From an uncultured Chloroflexia bacterium (GTDB taxonomy: Bacteria > Chloroflexota > Limnocylindria > Limnocylindrales > CSP1-4), in contig CAWEKG010000002.1 in NCBI GenBank assembly GCA_963809595.1, positions 371,845 through 435,844 on the forward strand: 64,000 nt of DNA, written 5' to 3'. Below the pieces are notes generated by a model. It was not told where the DNA came from, searched no databases, and worked only from the letters and a program-made list of their open reading frames with translations. A program made the translations under genes and the position numbers. Shown here piece after piece: positions 10,071 through 19,824 of this stretch (within the stretch, counting starts at the first letter, position 1; each line of letters opens with the position of its first letter).

Positions 10071-11582
10071 TCAGAACGGCTGGCGGAAGCGGCTGACCGG
10101 TCCCGTCCAGACCCGCGCCCCGGAGAACCGGCTGGTCAGCCGATAGACCCCCGCGCGTCGGTCCACCGTCCGCCCGATCGCGGTCGCGAGGTGGACCGTG
10201 GTGGTCCCCCCGGCAGGGACCACCACGAGCCGATGGCCGAGGCCCACCCGGTGGCCCCGGGGCGACAGGACCTGCCAGCTCAGCACGCCGCGCTCGGGGA
10301 CGCTGCCCCGGTTCACCAGGCGGACCTCGGATGAGACCCGGATCCCCGAGCCGATCCGTCGAGCGACGCTCCGAACCGGATCGATCCCGAGGCGATGGAT
10401 CGGTCGGACGAACTTCGCCCGCAGGGCGGCGGACATCCCGCCGAAACCCCGATCAGCGCCGAGCGTCCAGATCCCGACCCCCGCGAGACCCTGGGCGATG
10501 GCGAGGTCGGCCTTGGCCCGGATCGCCACGGGGTCCTCGAAGTTCACCTGCCGGATCGTCCGATGGGCGGTGTCGTACCAGCGGAACCAGAGCCCGCCGG
10601 ATGCGTCACGGTGGACCCGAACCTTGGGGTGAGCGGCCAGGAAGCGGCGCGCAGCGGCGTAGGTGACGCCGTGGACTCCGCCCCGACGCGAGACATCGGC
10701 CCGGACCCGGACCACGGACCCGGTCTGGACCACCGGCCACGAGTAGCCGTAGTAGGGGAGGCCCAGGATGATCCGGCTCGGGCCCAGCACCGCGACGTAG
10801 CGGGCCATATCCCTGGCCACGTTGGATCGGCCGCCCCGGATCGGTGCCACGCTGCCGGGGACCGTTGACCCCCGCCGGTGATAGTCGTAGGCCATGACGA
10901 AGAGCTGATCGGCCGCCTTGCCGAGTGCACGGATCGTCCCGGCCGAGGTCGACGCGTACGTCGCGACGACGAGCCGGCCGCCCCGGCTGGCCCGGTGGAC
11001 GGCCGTCCGGAAGCGGGCGACGAAGGCCGCGTAGGCCGGGACGAGCGACCCGGGCATCGGCTCGAAGTCCAGGTTGGCCCCGTCCGCGCTCCGCTGCTTC
11101 ATGAGCGCGACGGCGGCCCGGATGAAGCGAGTCTGGGCGGTCCGGCTGTGGAGGAAGGCCCGGGTCCGCGGCGCTCCGGGGCCGTCGAACAGCTGGAAGG
11201 TCGGGACGACCCGGACCCCCCGAGCGTGGGCGGCGTTGGTGACCGCCAGGGCCGCCCGACCGGCGTAGGCCCGGTACCCAGGGCTCGACCGGGCCAGGCT
11301 CCCGTTCGGGACGATCGGCACGGCGAAGATGGCGATCGTCGAGACCAGCCCGTAATCGATCCGTCGGGCAGTCCCCGCGTCGAGATCCCAGTACGGCAGG
11401 TAGCCGTAGACCCCGTGGGAAAGGGCCGACGAGCGGTGCCCGAGGCGCTGGATCCCGGGATCGGCCGCGGCCGCGGGCGCGGACCCCAGGCCGGTCTCGG
11501 CGAACGTCCCGACGACCGCCAGCAGCACCGCGAGGAAAATGACGCCGACAACGGTTCGAGGACGATGGTCGAGGGGGGTCAT
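10071..11582 (-). CDS. Secreted glycoside hydrolase family 18 protein
   Basis: Signal peptide, DGANLDFE, VMAYDY, LGLPYYG, GVGIW motifs. Confidence 0.9.
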   Translation of the reverse strand: MTPLDHRPRTVVGVIFLAVLLAVVGTFAETGLGSAPAAAADPGIQRLGHRSSALSHGVYGYLPYWDLDAGTARRIDYGLVSTIAIFAVPIVPNGSLARSSPGYRAYAGRAALAVTNAAHARGVRVVPTFQLFDGPGAPRTRAFLHSRTAQTRFIRAAVALMKQRSADGANLDFEPMPGSLVPAYAAFVARFRTAVHRASRGGRLVVATYASTSAGTIRALGKAADQLFVMAYDYHRRGSTVPGSVAPIRGGRSNVARDMARYVAVLGPSRIILGLPYYGYSWPVVQTGSVVRVRADVSRRGGVHGVTYAAARRFLAAHPKVRVHRDASGGLWFRWYDTAHRTIRQVNFEDPVAIRAKADLAIAQGLAGVGIWTLGADRGFGGMSAALRAKFVRPIHRLGIDPVRSVARRIGSGIRVSSEVRLVNRGSVPERGVLSWQVLSPRGHRVGLGHRLVVVPAGGTTTVHLATAIGRTVDRRAGVYRLTSRFSGARVWTGPVSRFRQPF

Positions 11583-11720
11583 GCGGAGCCTCCGACCGGC
11601 CCGGGAGCGGGAACGCGATGGTTCCGGGTCACCGGGTCGGGTCCGGTACGAGCCGACGGCAGGCTCCCAGCCTACCCCGCCTGGGTGACTCCCGACCCTG
11701 GGTCGGTGGGGCCAGACCGG

Positions 11721-11924
11721 CTAGGACTTCTTTCGCCGGCGCTTCCGCTTCTTCGTCGGCGGGTCCTTCGCGGCGCTCGCCTGCGCATCGAGGATCTGCT
11801 TGAAGACCTTGCCCATGCCGGGGCGGAGGAGGTCGCGCGCCTCGGCCTCGGCCGCGCGATCCCGGCGTCGCTGACGGGCGACCTCCTTCGGGTCGAGGGC
11901 CCCGTCCGTGCTGTCGTCGTTCAC
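11721..11924 (-). CDS. Small hypothetical protein with basic C-terminus
   Basis: GTG 6 nt after a TACGAT -10 box; coding-like codon usage. Confidence 0.6.
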   Translation of the reverse strand: MNDDSTDGALDPKEVARQRRRDRAAEAEARDLLRPGMGKVFKQILDAQASAAKDPPTKKRKRRRKKS

Positions 11925-12057
11925 CGGCCGATCGTACCGCTGGACTTCCCCGGGTACCATGGGACGGTCGCTTCGGCTCATCGGGGGGTGGGTCGGGGGA
12001 CCGCAGCCAGCCCCCGTCGCGTTCCGCCGGACCGGTCGCGGCACCACGGAGCCTCCG

Positions 12058-13065
12058 ATGCGTGCGCCTAGCTCACTCCTTGTCGTCCTGCGCAGCCTGC
12101 TCGCCGCGGCCCTCCTGCTGGCCGTGAGCGTCTCGTCCACCTTCGCGACCACCGACCCACCGGTGGCGAGCTTCACGGTCGCCACCGCAGGCGGCGACGC
12201 GACCTTCACCGACACCTCGACGAACGCTCCGACCGAGTGGACCTGGGACTTCGGCGACGGCGAGACCTCCACCGACCAGAACCCGGTCCATCACTACGCG
12301 GTCGGGACCTACACCGTGACCCTCGTCGCTCGGAACGCGGCGGGCTCGGACACGGTCCACCATGACGTCACGATCGTCCCGCCGGGTCGGACCTACACCC
12401 GGAACGTTTACGGCGGCCTGATCCGATATCAGAACCCGGACCGGACGGCCTGTGTCGCGACCGCCTCGATGACGATGCTCAACGAGATCGCCGCGGCGGG
12501 GACCGGTGGTGACGGCTTCCGCTGGAAGCCGAGCCGCTCGTACAGCAAGCAGGAGGCGATCTTCCGCTGGACCCGTCGTCACGACACCCTGGAACCGGGC
12601 ATCGGCAGCGACGCGAACGGCTGGCGGAACACGCTGAACCAGTTCGGCTGGGGGAACCACGCGGACCCCGACACGAGGGTCTACCAGGTCTTCGCGTTCC
12701 GGACCTACGACGCCGCTGTGAAGGCAGCCGTGCAGGCCGTGGCCCGCTTCAAGCGACCGGTGGGCATCCTCGGCTGGGCCGGTGGGCACGCCCAGGTCCT
12801 CAACGGCTACACCGTCTACGGACAGGACCCGGCGACCTCGGATGCCTTCAGCGTGCGCTACGTGTACCTCACCGATCCGCTCCAGCGCGACCGGCTCCGG
12901 AACGCCCGGATCAGCGACGCCAATTTCCATCACGGGGCGCTTAAGTACCGCTTCCGCACGTACCGCTCCCAGGCCAGCCCCTTCGACGACCCGTACACCC
13001 CCGGGGTCCAGGCCGCCTGGCGCTTCTGGTATGCGCGGTTCGTGATCGTGGCGCCGACCCGCTAG
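12058..13065 (+). CDS. Secreted PKD-domain protein with papain/C39-like C-terminal domain
   Basis: WTWDFGDG and QNPVHHY PKD motifs; Q...C, HAQV and YLTDP residues in the C-terminal domain. Confidence 0.75.
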   Translation: MRAPSSLLVVLRSLLAAALLLAVSVSSTFATTDPPVASFTVATAGGDATFTDTSTNAPTEWTWDFGDGETSTDQNPVHHYAVGTYTVTLVARNAAGSDTVHHDVTIVPPGRTYTRNVYGGLIRYQNPDRTACVATASMTMLNEIAAAGTGGDGFRWKPSRSYSKQEAIFRWTRRHDTLEPGIGSDANGWRNTLNQFGWGNHADPDTRVYQVFAFRTYDAAVKAAVQAVARFKRPVGILGWAGGHAQVLNGYTVYGQDPATSDAFSVRYVYLTDPLQRDRLRNARISDANFHHGALKYRFRTYRSQASPFDDPYTPGVQAAWRFWYARFVIVAPTR

Positions 13066-13109
13066 GGCGTCGTGGCTGCCGACCGCTCGGATCGACCGCG
13101 GTCGCAGCC

Positions 13110-14321
13110 TCATCCCGGTCCCTCTTGGTCGAGCTCTTCGATCGTCGCCTCAGAGGGCGGGCGCTCGGCCTGGAGGCGCTCAGCGGTCGTCTCGGCGACA
13201 CGCATGACCCGAAGGATGTTGCCACCGGCGATGCCCCGGACCTCGGCCTCCGTGTAGCCCCGTCGGAGGAGCTCGCCGATGAGGGCCGGAAAGCACGAGA
13301 CGTCATCGAGCCCCACCGGCAGGAGATCACCACCGTCGAAGTCGCTGCCGATCCCGACGTGGTCCGGACCGGCGATCTCGGACAGGTGGTCGATGTGGTC
13401 GGCCACGTCGGCCAGGATCGCCAGCGGCCCGGGATGCTCGGCGAGCCAGACCCGGCGGCGCTCGCGAAGCTCCTCTGAGGTGGCTTCCGGGTGTTCCAGG
13501 AGATAGGCGTCCTCGAGGGCCATCCCGGGCGCCAGGTGGGCGTTGACCGCGTCGTTGACGAAGTGCGAGAGGAAGACGGCCATCACCAGGCCGTCGTTGG
13601 CCGGGATCCGCCGGAGGATGTCGTCCGGGACGTTGCGCGGATGGTCGGTCACCGCACGCGCCCCGGAGTGGGAGAAGACCACCGGCGCCTCGGTCGCGTC
13701 CAGGGCGGCTGCCATCGTGCTCGGCGCCACGTGACTGAGGTCCACCAGCATGCCCAGCCGGTTCATCTCGCGGACCACCTCGACTCCGAACCGGGTGAGA
13801 CCGCTGTGACGGGGCTCATCGGTCGCCGAATCGGCCCAGCGGGTCGTCCTCCAGTGGGTGAGCGTCATGTAGCGCACGCCGCTCGCGTGGAACCGGCGCA
13901 GGACGGGCAGCGAGCTGGCGATCATCGATCCGCCCTCCAGCCCGATGAGCGACGCGATGCGGCCGGCCCCGAATGCCCGCTCGACCTCGTCGGCCGACGC
14001 CGCGAGCTCGAGCGTCTCGGGATACGCCCCGACCATCCGGTGGACGAGATCGAGCTGCTCGAGGGCCATCGGCAGTTGGCGCTCCTCGGCCAGTGCTGCG
14101 GGGACCCAGACGCTCCAGAACTGGCCCCCGACCCGGCCGGCCCGGAGCCGCGGGAGGTCGGTGTCGAGCCCGTTGACCGGGCGGCGGAGATCCACCTCCG
14201 AGATCCGCAGCCCGACCGACTCGCGGAGGGCGATCGGCAGGTCGTTGTGGCCGTCGATGAGCGGGGACCCTTCGAGGATCGACCGGGCGCGCTCGAGGAA
14301 GGTGTCGGTCGACATCGTCAT
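13110..14321 (-). CDS. Membrane dipeptidase (peptidase M19)
   Basis: IDGHNDLP, GGQFWS, VDLSH, FSHS, RNVPD, GIGSDFDG. Confidence 0.95.
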   Translation of the reverse strand: MTMSTDTFLERARSILEGSPLIDGHNDLPIALRESVGLRISEVDLRRPVNGLDTDLPRLRAGRVGGQFWSVWVPAALAEERQLPMALEQLDLVHRMVGAYPETLELAASADEVERAFGAGRIASLIGLEGGSMIASSLPVLRRFHASGVRYMTLTHWRTTRWADSATDEPRHSGLTRFGVEVVREMNRLGMLVDLSHVAPSTMAAALDATEAPVVFSHSGARAVTDHPRNVPDDILRRIPANDGLVMAVFLSHFVNDAVNAHLAPGMALEDAYLLEHPEATSEELRERRRVWLAEHPGPLAILADVADHIDHLSEIAGPDHVGIGSDFDGGDLLPVGLDDVSCFPALIGELLRRGYTEAEVRGIAGGNILRVMRVAETTAERLQAERPPSEATIEELDQEGPG

Positions 14322-14358
14322 CGTCGGAGCATGACGTATCGCCGCGATGCCGAGCGCG

Positions 14359-14997
14359 TCAGCGCCTGGCCGCGCGCTCCCCGAGGTAGGCGTGCCACAG
14401 GATCCGGGCGGCGACGGCCCGCCAGGGCCGCCAGGGCTCGGCCAGTCGCTCCATCTCACGCGAACCGGGACGACCGGCGAGTCCCTTGACGTCCCGCATC
14501 GACGTGACCAGGGCGATGTCCGTGGCCGGCCAGACATCAGGCCGACCGAGCGCCATGAGCAGGTAGACGTCCGCCGTCCACGGTCCGATCCCCGGGATCC
14601 GGCAGAGCGTGTGTCGGGCGTCGTGGTCGTCGAGCCCCGACAGGCTCTCGAGGTCCAGGTCCCCGGCGACGATCGTCGCAGCCAGCCCGCGCAGGTAGCG
14701 ACTCTTCTGGCGCGTGACACCGGCTCGCTCCAGGGCCGCCGGTTCCATCGCTGCGAGCACGCCGGGAGTGACCGACGCCGTGGCCTCTTCCAGGCGGGCG
14801 TACGCGGCCAAACCGGAGGCGAGCGAGACCTGCTGCTCGAGGATGATCCGGACGAGCGTCTCGAAACCCGGCGGGCGTGCCCACAGGGGCGGCGGCCCGT
14901 GCCGATCGACGACCGCGGCCAGATCGGCGTCCTGCGCGCAGAGCCCGAGTACCGCGTGCCCGAGGGTGACCTCGTCGATCGGCTGCGGCTCGATCAC
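14359..14997 (-). CDS. alkA: DNA-3-methyladenine glycosylase II (HhH-GPD)
   Basis: ILEQQVS, IPGIGPWTA, DVWPATDIAL, WRPWRAVAA. Confidence 0.9.
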   Translation of the reverse strand: MIEPQPIDEVTLGHAVLGLCAQDADLAAVVDRHGPPPLWARPPGFETLVRIILEQQVSLASGLAAYARLEEATASVTPGVLAAMEPAALERAGVTRQKSRYLRGLAATIVAGDLDLESLSGLDDHDARHTLCRIPGIGPWTADVYLLMALGRPDVWPATDIALVTSMRDVKGLAGRPGSREMERLAEPWRPWRAVAARILWHAYLGERAARR

Positions 14998-15191
14998 CCG
15001 ACCGGTGCCTTCTCCCGGGGGCCGAACCATGGCCCGAGGAGGACGCCCCCGATGCCGCGGAAGGGCGCGTAGCAGAGCTTGCAGCGAGGCGGCGAGGGAA
15101 GCCGCCGGAAGCTCCGACGCAGGGCGTGGACGCCGGTATGCTCGCCGGTCAGCAGTGCCCGCCACTCCTCCTCGCGAGTCGTCCTGCCCAC
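14994..15191 (-). CDS. Small CxxC protein resembling the N-terminal region of some class III cyclases; possibly truncated
   Basis: Leaderless GTG after TACACT; PSPPRCKLCYAPFRGIGG; stop overlaps alkA GTG. Confidence 0.5.
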   Translation of the reverse strand: MGRTTREEEWRALLTGEHTGVHALRRSFRRLPSPPRCKLCYAPFRGIGGVLLGPWFGPREKAPVG

Positions 15192-15229
15192 GGAGCGGAG
15201 TGTATCGTGCCGATCGAGGAGGTCCCTTC

Positions 15230-15739
15230 GTGTCACATCCGCTCGTCGTCCAGCTCCGCTTCACCCGGAGCGAGTTCATCCGGGGTGTCCGCGGGGTCGA
15301 CGATGCGGATGCCCGGCGCCGCCTCGAGCCGATGAACTGCATCGCCTGGAACATCGGCCACCTGGCCTGGCAGGAGCAGCGCTACTTCATCCGCTTCGGT
15401 CAGGGTCGGCTGATCCGTCCGGACGTCGACCTGGAGTTTGCCAACGGCGCCCCGGGCACGACGCCGGTCCTGGCCGAGGTCCTGGCCGCCTGGCGGGAGA
15501 TCGTCGGTGCCGCCGATCCGTGGCTCGACGGACTCACCTCCACTTCGCTCCGGGAGCACGTCCTGAGTCGCGGCCGTCCCACCGCCCGGGTCCACGGGAA
15601 CCTGCTCCAGCGGGTGATCTACCACTATTGGTATCACACGGGCGAGAACCAGGCGATCCGGCAGATGCTGGGTCATCGCCGGCTGCCCCAGTTCGTCGGC
15701 GACATCGACGGCGAGGCCCCGTACACGCGCGACGTGTGA
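15230..15739 (+). CDS. DinB family protein
   Basis: MNCIAWNIGHLA and HYWYHTGE His motifs; GAGGAGG SD. Confidence 0.85.
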   Translation: MSHPLVVQLRFTRSEFIRGVRGVDDADARRRLEPMNCIAWNIGHLAWQEQRYFIRFGQGRLIRPDVDLEFANGAPGTTPVLAEVLAAWREIVGAADPWLDGLTSTSLREHVLSRGRPTARVHGNLLQRVIYHYWYHTGENQAIRQMLGHRRLPQFVGDIDGEAPYTRDV

Positions 15740-15753
15740 CGATCGGACCGGCC

Positions 15754-15781
15754 TGTCGAGATCGACCACCCCTCGTTCGAC
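15754..15781 (+). promoter_or_regulatory. Putative ECF42-type promoter (TGTCGA ... CGAC)
   Basis: TGTCGA at 15754 and TTCGAC at 15776 upstream of the DGPF-ECF operon. Confidence 0.55.
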
Positions 15782-15856
15782 GCGATGGTAGGAAGGGTTC
15801 GGGTCGGTCGGAAGATCCCGACGGTGGGCACTCGACCACAACGCGGAGGAACGACG

Positions 15857-16282
15857 ATGAGGGTCCTGGTCATGGTCAAGGCGACCCTGGACTCGGAGGC
15901 GGGTGCGCCGCCCGACGAGCAGCTGCTCACCGAGATGGGTCGGTACAACGAGGAGCTCGTGAGGGCCGGGGTGATGCTCGCCGGCGAAGGTCTCCAGCCG
16001 AGCTCGAAGGGCGTCCGAGTGCGCTTCTCGGGGCCGACCCGGACCGTGATCGACGGACCGTTCAGCGAGACCAAGGAGCTGGTCGCCGGCTACTGGCTCT
16101 GGCAGGTGAGGTCGATGGACGAGGCGATCGAGTGGGTCCGGCGTTGCCCGAACCCGCATGCGGGCGATACCGAGATCGAGATCCGCCAGGTCTACGAGGC
16201 CGAGGACTTCGGGCCGGTCTTCACCCCCGAGCTCCGGGACCAGGAAGAGCGGCTGCGCGCCCAGCTTCCCGGTGCGCGCTAG
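15857..16282 (+). CDS. YciI/DGPF family protein
   Basis: DGPFSETKELVAGYW motif. Confidence 0.92.
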   Translation: MRVLVMVKATLDSEAGAPPDEQLLTEMGRYNEELVRAGVMLAGEGLQPSSKGVRVRFSGPTRTVIDGPFSETKELVAGYWLWQVRSMDEAIEWVRRCPNPHAGDTEIEIRQVYEAEDFGPVFTPELRDQEERLRAQLPGAR

Positions 16283-16294
16283 GCGATCCGCCGG

Positions 16295-17572
16295 ATGACC
16301 GTCCAGGACACCCATCGCACGATCGAGACGGTCTGGCGGATCGAGTCGCCCCGGCTCATCGCCGGCCTGGCCCGGATCGTCCGCGACGTGGGACTGGCCG
16401 AGGACCTCGCCCAGGATGCGCTCGTCGCGGCGCTCCAGCAGTGGCCCGGGTCGGGCATCCCGGACAACCCGGGTGCCTGGCTCATGGGCACCGCGAAGCA
16501 TCGGGCCATCGACCTGCTCCGCCGGCGGACCGTCCTCGATCGCAAGCACGAGGAGATCGGTCGCGAGCTCCTCGTCCGGGCGCCACCAGGCTTCGATCCC
16601 GACCTCAGCGCCGACGACGACATCGGCGACGACCTGCTCCGGCTCGTCTTCACGGCCTGCCACCCGGTGCTCTCCACCGACGCCCGGGTGGCCCTCACCC
16701 TCCGCCTGCTGGGCGGTCTGACCACGCCCGAGATCGCCCGGGCCTACCTCGTCCCGGAGCCGACCATCGCCCAACGGATCGTCCGGGCGAAGCGGACCTT
16801 GACCGAGGCCCACGTGCCGTTCGAGGTGCCCGCCGCACACGAGCTGACCGAGCGACTGGGCTCCGTCCTCCAAGTGATCTACCTCGTCTTCAACGAAGGC
16901 TACTCGGCCACCTCGGGCGACGACTGGATGCGTCCGGGCTTGTGCGAGGACGCGCTCCGGCTCGGCCGCATCCTGGCCGAGCTCCTGCCCCGGGAGCCGG
17001 AGGTCCACGGACTCGCCGCGTTGATGGAGATCCAGGCGTCGCGGATCCGGGCCAGGCTGGGGCCGGCGGGGGAGCCCATCCCGCTTCTCGAGCAGCGGCG
17101 CGGACGCTGGGACCAGCTCCTCATCCGCCGTGGCCTCGCGGCGCTGGCCCGAGCCGAGGCCCTGGGGGCTGCGCTCGGGCCGTACACCCTCCAGGCAGAG
17201 ATCGCCGCCTGTCACGCCCGGGCACGGTCGTCCGACGAGACGGATTGGGCCCGGATCGCCGCCCTCTACGACGCCCTCGCCCAGCTCACGCCGTCGCCGG
17301 TGTGGAGCTCAATCGGGCCGTCGCGGTAGGCATGGCGTTCGGGCCGGAGGCCGGCCTCGAGCTCACGGACGCGCTGGTCTCGAACCGGCGCTCGGCGGTT
17401 ACCATCTCCTCCCTGCGGTGCGGGGCGACTTCCTGGCCAAGGTCGGCCGCGAGGCCGAGGCGGCCGTGGATTCCGGCGAGCGGCCGGGCTCACCCGGAAC
17501 ACCCGTGAACGAACGCTGATGCTCGAGCGGGCCGCGAAGGCCGCACGAGGGACGCCTATGGAGGATCGATGA
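16295..17572 (+). CDS. ECF42-type sigma factor with TPR C-terminus, frameshifted after ~17300
   Basis: AEDLAQDA, DDLLRLVFTACHP, YLVFNEGY, LQAEIAACHA, ELNRAVA; follows DGPF gene. Confidence 0.9.
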
Positions 17573-17673
17573 ACGTCACGAGGCCGCCCCACGACCTCGT
17601 CGACGGGCTTCGTCGACCCTCAGCGGCCGGGTCGTCACCCCGGCCGACCCGCCGAGGGCAGCAGAGGAGCGTG

Positions 17674-18078
17674 ATGGACTACAAGCTCGAGGTGGTGGTG
17701 GTCCCGGTCAGCGACGTCGACCGGGCGAAGGCGTTCTACAGCGAGGTCTGCGGGTTCCACGTGGACGTCGACCAGGTCATGAGCGAGGACTTCCGGGTCG
17801 TCCAGCTGACGCCGCCCGGGTCGGCCTGCTCGATCACGATCGGCAAGGGGCTCAGCGGGGCGTCCCCGGGCTCAGTCGAGGGTCTCCAGCTCGTCGTGAC
17901 GGACATCGAGGCCGCCCGCCGGGAGCTGGTCGGTCGCGGCCTCGACTGCACGCCCGTCCGGAACATCGTGGACGGCGCTTGGCAGGACGGGCACGGCGGT
18001 CCCTGGAACTCGTTCATCTTCTTCAGCGACCCGGACGGCAACAGCTGGGCCATCCAGGAGAAGCCGGCCGACCCGTAG
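17674..18078 (+). CDS. VOC/glyoxalase family protein
   Basis: VPVSDVDRAKAFY, VVQLTPPGS, DPDGNSW. Confidence 0.92.
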   Translation: MDYKLEVVVVPVSDVDRAKAFYSEVCGFHVDVDQVMSEDFRVVQLTPPGSACSITIGKGLSGASPGSVEGLQLVVTDIEAARRELVGRGLDCTPVRNIVDGAWQDGHGGPWNSFIFFSDPDGNSWAIQEKPADP

Positions 18079-18173
18079 ATCGGCGATCGTCGTCGGAGGG
18101 TCAGGCCGGCAGCTCCGCGGACCGTCGCCGTAACCCGGACCTCCCGGTACACTCCGGTCGCGAGGAGGACGTC

Positions 18174-19502
18174 ATGACCCGAGACCCGCTGCTGGAGCTG
18201 GCGGACCGCCACCTGATCCGCTACGTGCCTGGGTTCGCTCCTTTCCTGGTCGATCGGGCCCAGGGCAGCTGGGTCTGGGACCACGACGGCAACCGTGTCC
18301 TCGACTTCACCAGCGGCCAGATCTGCAGCACGATCGGGCACAACCACCCCCGGATCGTCGAGGCCATCCGGGACGCCTGCGACCGGGTCCTCCATCTCAA
18401 CAGCTGGATGCTCTCCGAGGAGGTGATCCGGCTCGCAGCTCGCCTGGCCGAGCTCCTGCCGGCCCCGCTCGAGAAGGCGATCATCCTCAACACCGGGTCC
18501 GAGTCGAACGAGATCGCGATGCGGATCGCGAAGCTGGCCACCGGCCGCTACGAGATCCTGGGGGTGGACCAGAGCTTCCACGGCCTGACGGCGGGCGTGG
18601 CCTCGGTGACGAACTCCGTCGGCAAGCAGGGCTACGGCCCCCAGATGCCCGGCTCGTTCGCCGTGCCGGCCCCCTATGCCTACCGCTGCGAGGTCCGCCG
18701 CGAGAGTCCCGACCATCCGGGCTGCGGCGGCTGCGACCGGACCTGCCTGGAGGCCGGGTTCGACGCGTTCGACGAGGCCAGCGAGGGCGCCCTCGCCGGC
18801 ACGATCGTCGAACCGGTCCTGTCGGCAGGAGGGGTGATCGACCCGCCGCCCGGCTATCTCCGTCGGCTGGCGGAGGCGACCCGGGCGCGTGGCGGCCTGC
18901 TCATCGTCGACGAAGCCCAGACCGCCTTCGGTCGGCTGGGGACGATGTTCGGGTTCGAACAGGACGGCGTCATCCCCGACATCGTGACCGTCTCCAAGAC
19001 CCTGGGCGGCGGGCTGCCCCTGGCCGCGACCGTCATCAGCGCCGAGCTCGAGGAGCGGATCGTGGAGCGGGGCTTCATCCACGTCACGAGCCACGTCAGC
19101 GACCCGCTGCCGTCGGCCGTGGGGCTGGCGGTCCTCGACGTGGTCATCGAGGAGCGCCTCCCGGAACGAGCTGCGGCCATGGGCACGTACCTCAAGGCAG
19201 GCCTGCTCGAGCTGGCGGAGCGTCACCCGATCATCGGCGAGGTGCGCGGCCGAGGGCTCCTGGTGGGCGTCGAGCTGGTCACCGATCGGGCGACCCGCGA
19301 GCCCGCCGAGGACCTCGGCGGCCGGGCGACCGACGAGTGTCTGGCCCGGGGGCTGTCGATGAACATCGTCCGCCACGTCGGGGCGAACAGCGTCTGGCGG
19401 ATCGCCCCGCCGCTCACCGTGAGCGAGGCGGAGATCGATCTCGCCCTCTCGATCATGGACGACAGCCTGGCGGCGGTGACGACCGCCGGATCGGTAGCCT
19501 GA
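18174..19502 (+). CDS. Class III aminotransferase (2,2-dialkylglycine decarboxylase-like)
   Basis: LDFTSGQ, TGSESNE, DEAQT, SKTLGGG, VRGRGLL. Confidence 0.92.
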   Translation: MTRDPLLELADRHLIRYVPGFAPFLVDRAQGSWVWDHDGNRVLDFTSGQICSTIGHNHPRIVEAIRDACDRVLHLNSWMLSEEVIRLAARLAELLPAPLEKAIILNTGSESNEIAMRIAKLATGRYEILGVDQSFHGLTAGVASVTNSVGKQGYGPQMPGSFAVPAPYAYRCEVRRESPDHPGCGGCDRTCLEAGFDAFDEASEGALAGTIVEPVLSAGGVIDPPPGYLRRLAEATRARGGLLIVDEAQTAFGRLGTMFGFEQDGVIPDIVTVSKTLGGGLPLAATVISAELEERIVERGFIHVTSHVSDPLPSAVGLAVLDVVIEERLPERAAAMGTYLKAGLLELAERHPIIGEVRGRGLLVGVELVTDRATREPAEDLGGRATDECLARGLSMNIVRHVGANSVWRIAPPLTVSEAEIDLALSIMDDSLAAVTTAGSVA

Positions 19503-19508
19503 GGGCGA

Positions 19509-19715
19509 CTAGAACGCGCGGCGAAGGACCATCAGTCCCAGGAAGATGAGGACGACGAGCAGGAGCAGGCCCGCCGGCGGCAATGTCGTGATCGTGTGCG
19601 CGGCGGCGCCGAGCGTCTGACCGATCTGGCCGCCTACGTCCATGCCGCCACCGGCCCCATGACCGCCGCCGACTCGCCCCGCGCCCTGGCTGACGCCGTC
19701 CCCGTACTCGACCAT
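19509..19715 (-). CDS. Small Gly-rich membrane protein
   Basis: MVEYG start and C-terminal hydrophobic helix followed by RR. Confidence 0.6.
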   Translation of the reverse strand: MVEYGDGVSQGAGRVGGGHGAGGGMDVGGQIGQTLGAAAHTITTLPPAGLLLLVVLIFLGLMVLRRAF

Positions 19716-19824
19716 GGCCGCATCATCCCACGCGCTGCAATGGCCCCGGCCGGGCGATCGTGAGCGCGACTCGCACCTTGAACCGTCGAGCCGCAGGCCC
19801 GACCATGGCCCCGGAGGTATCCCG

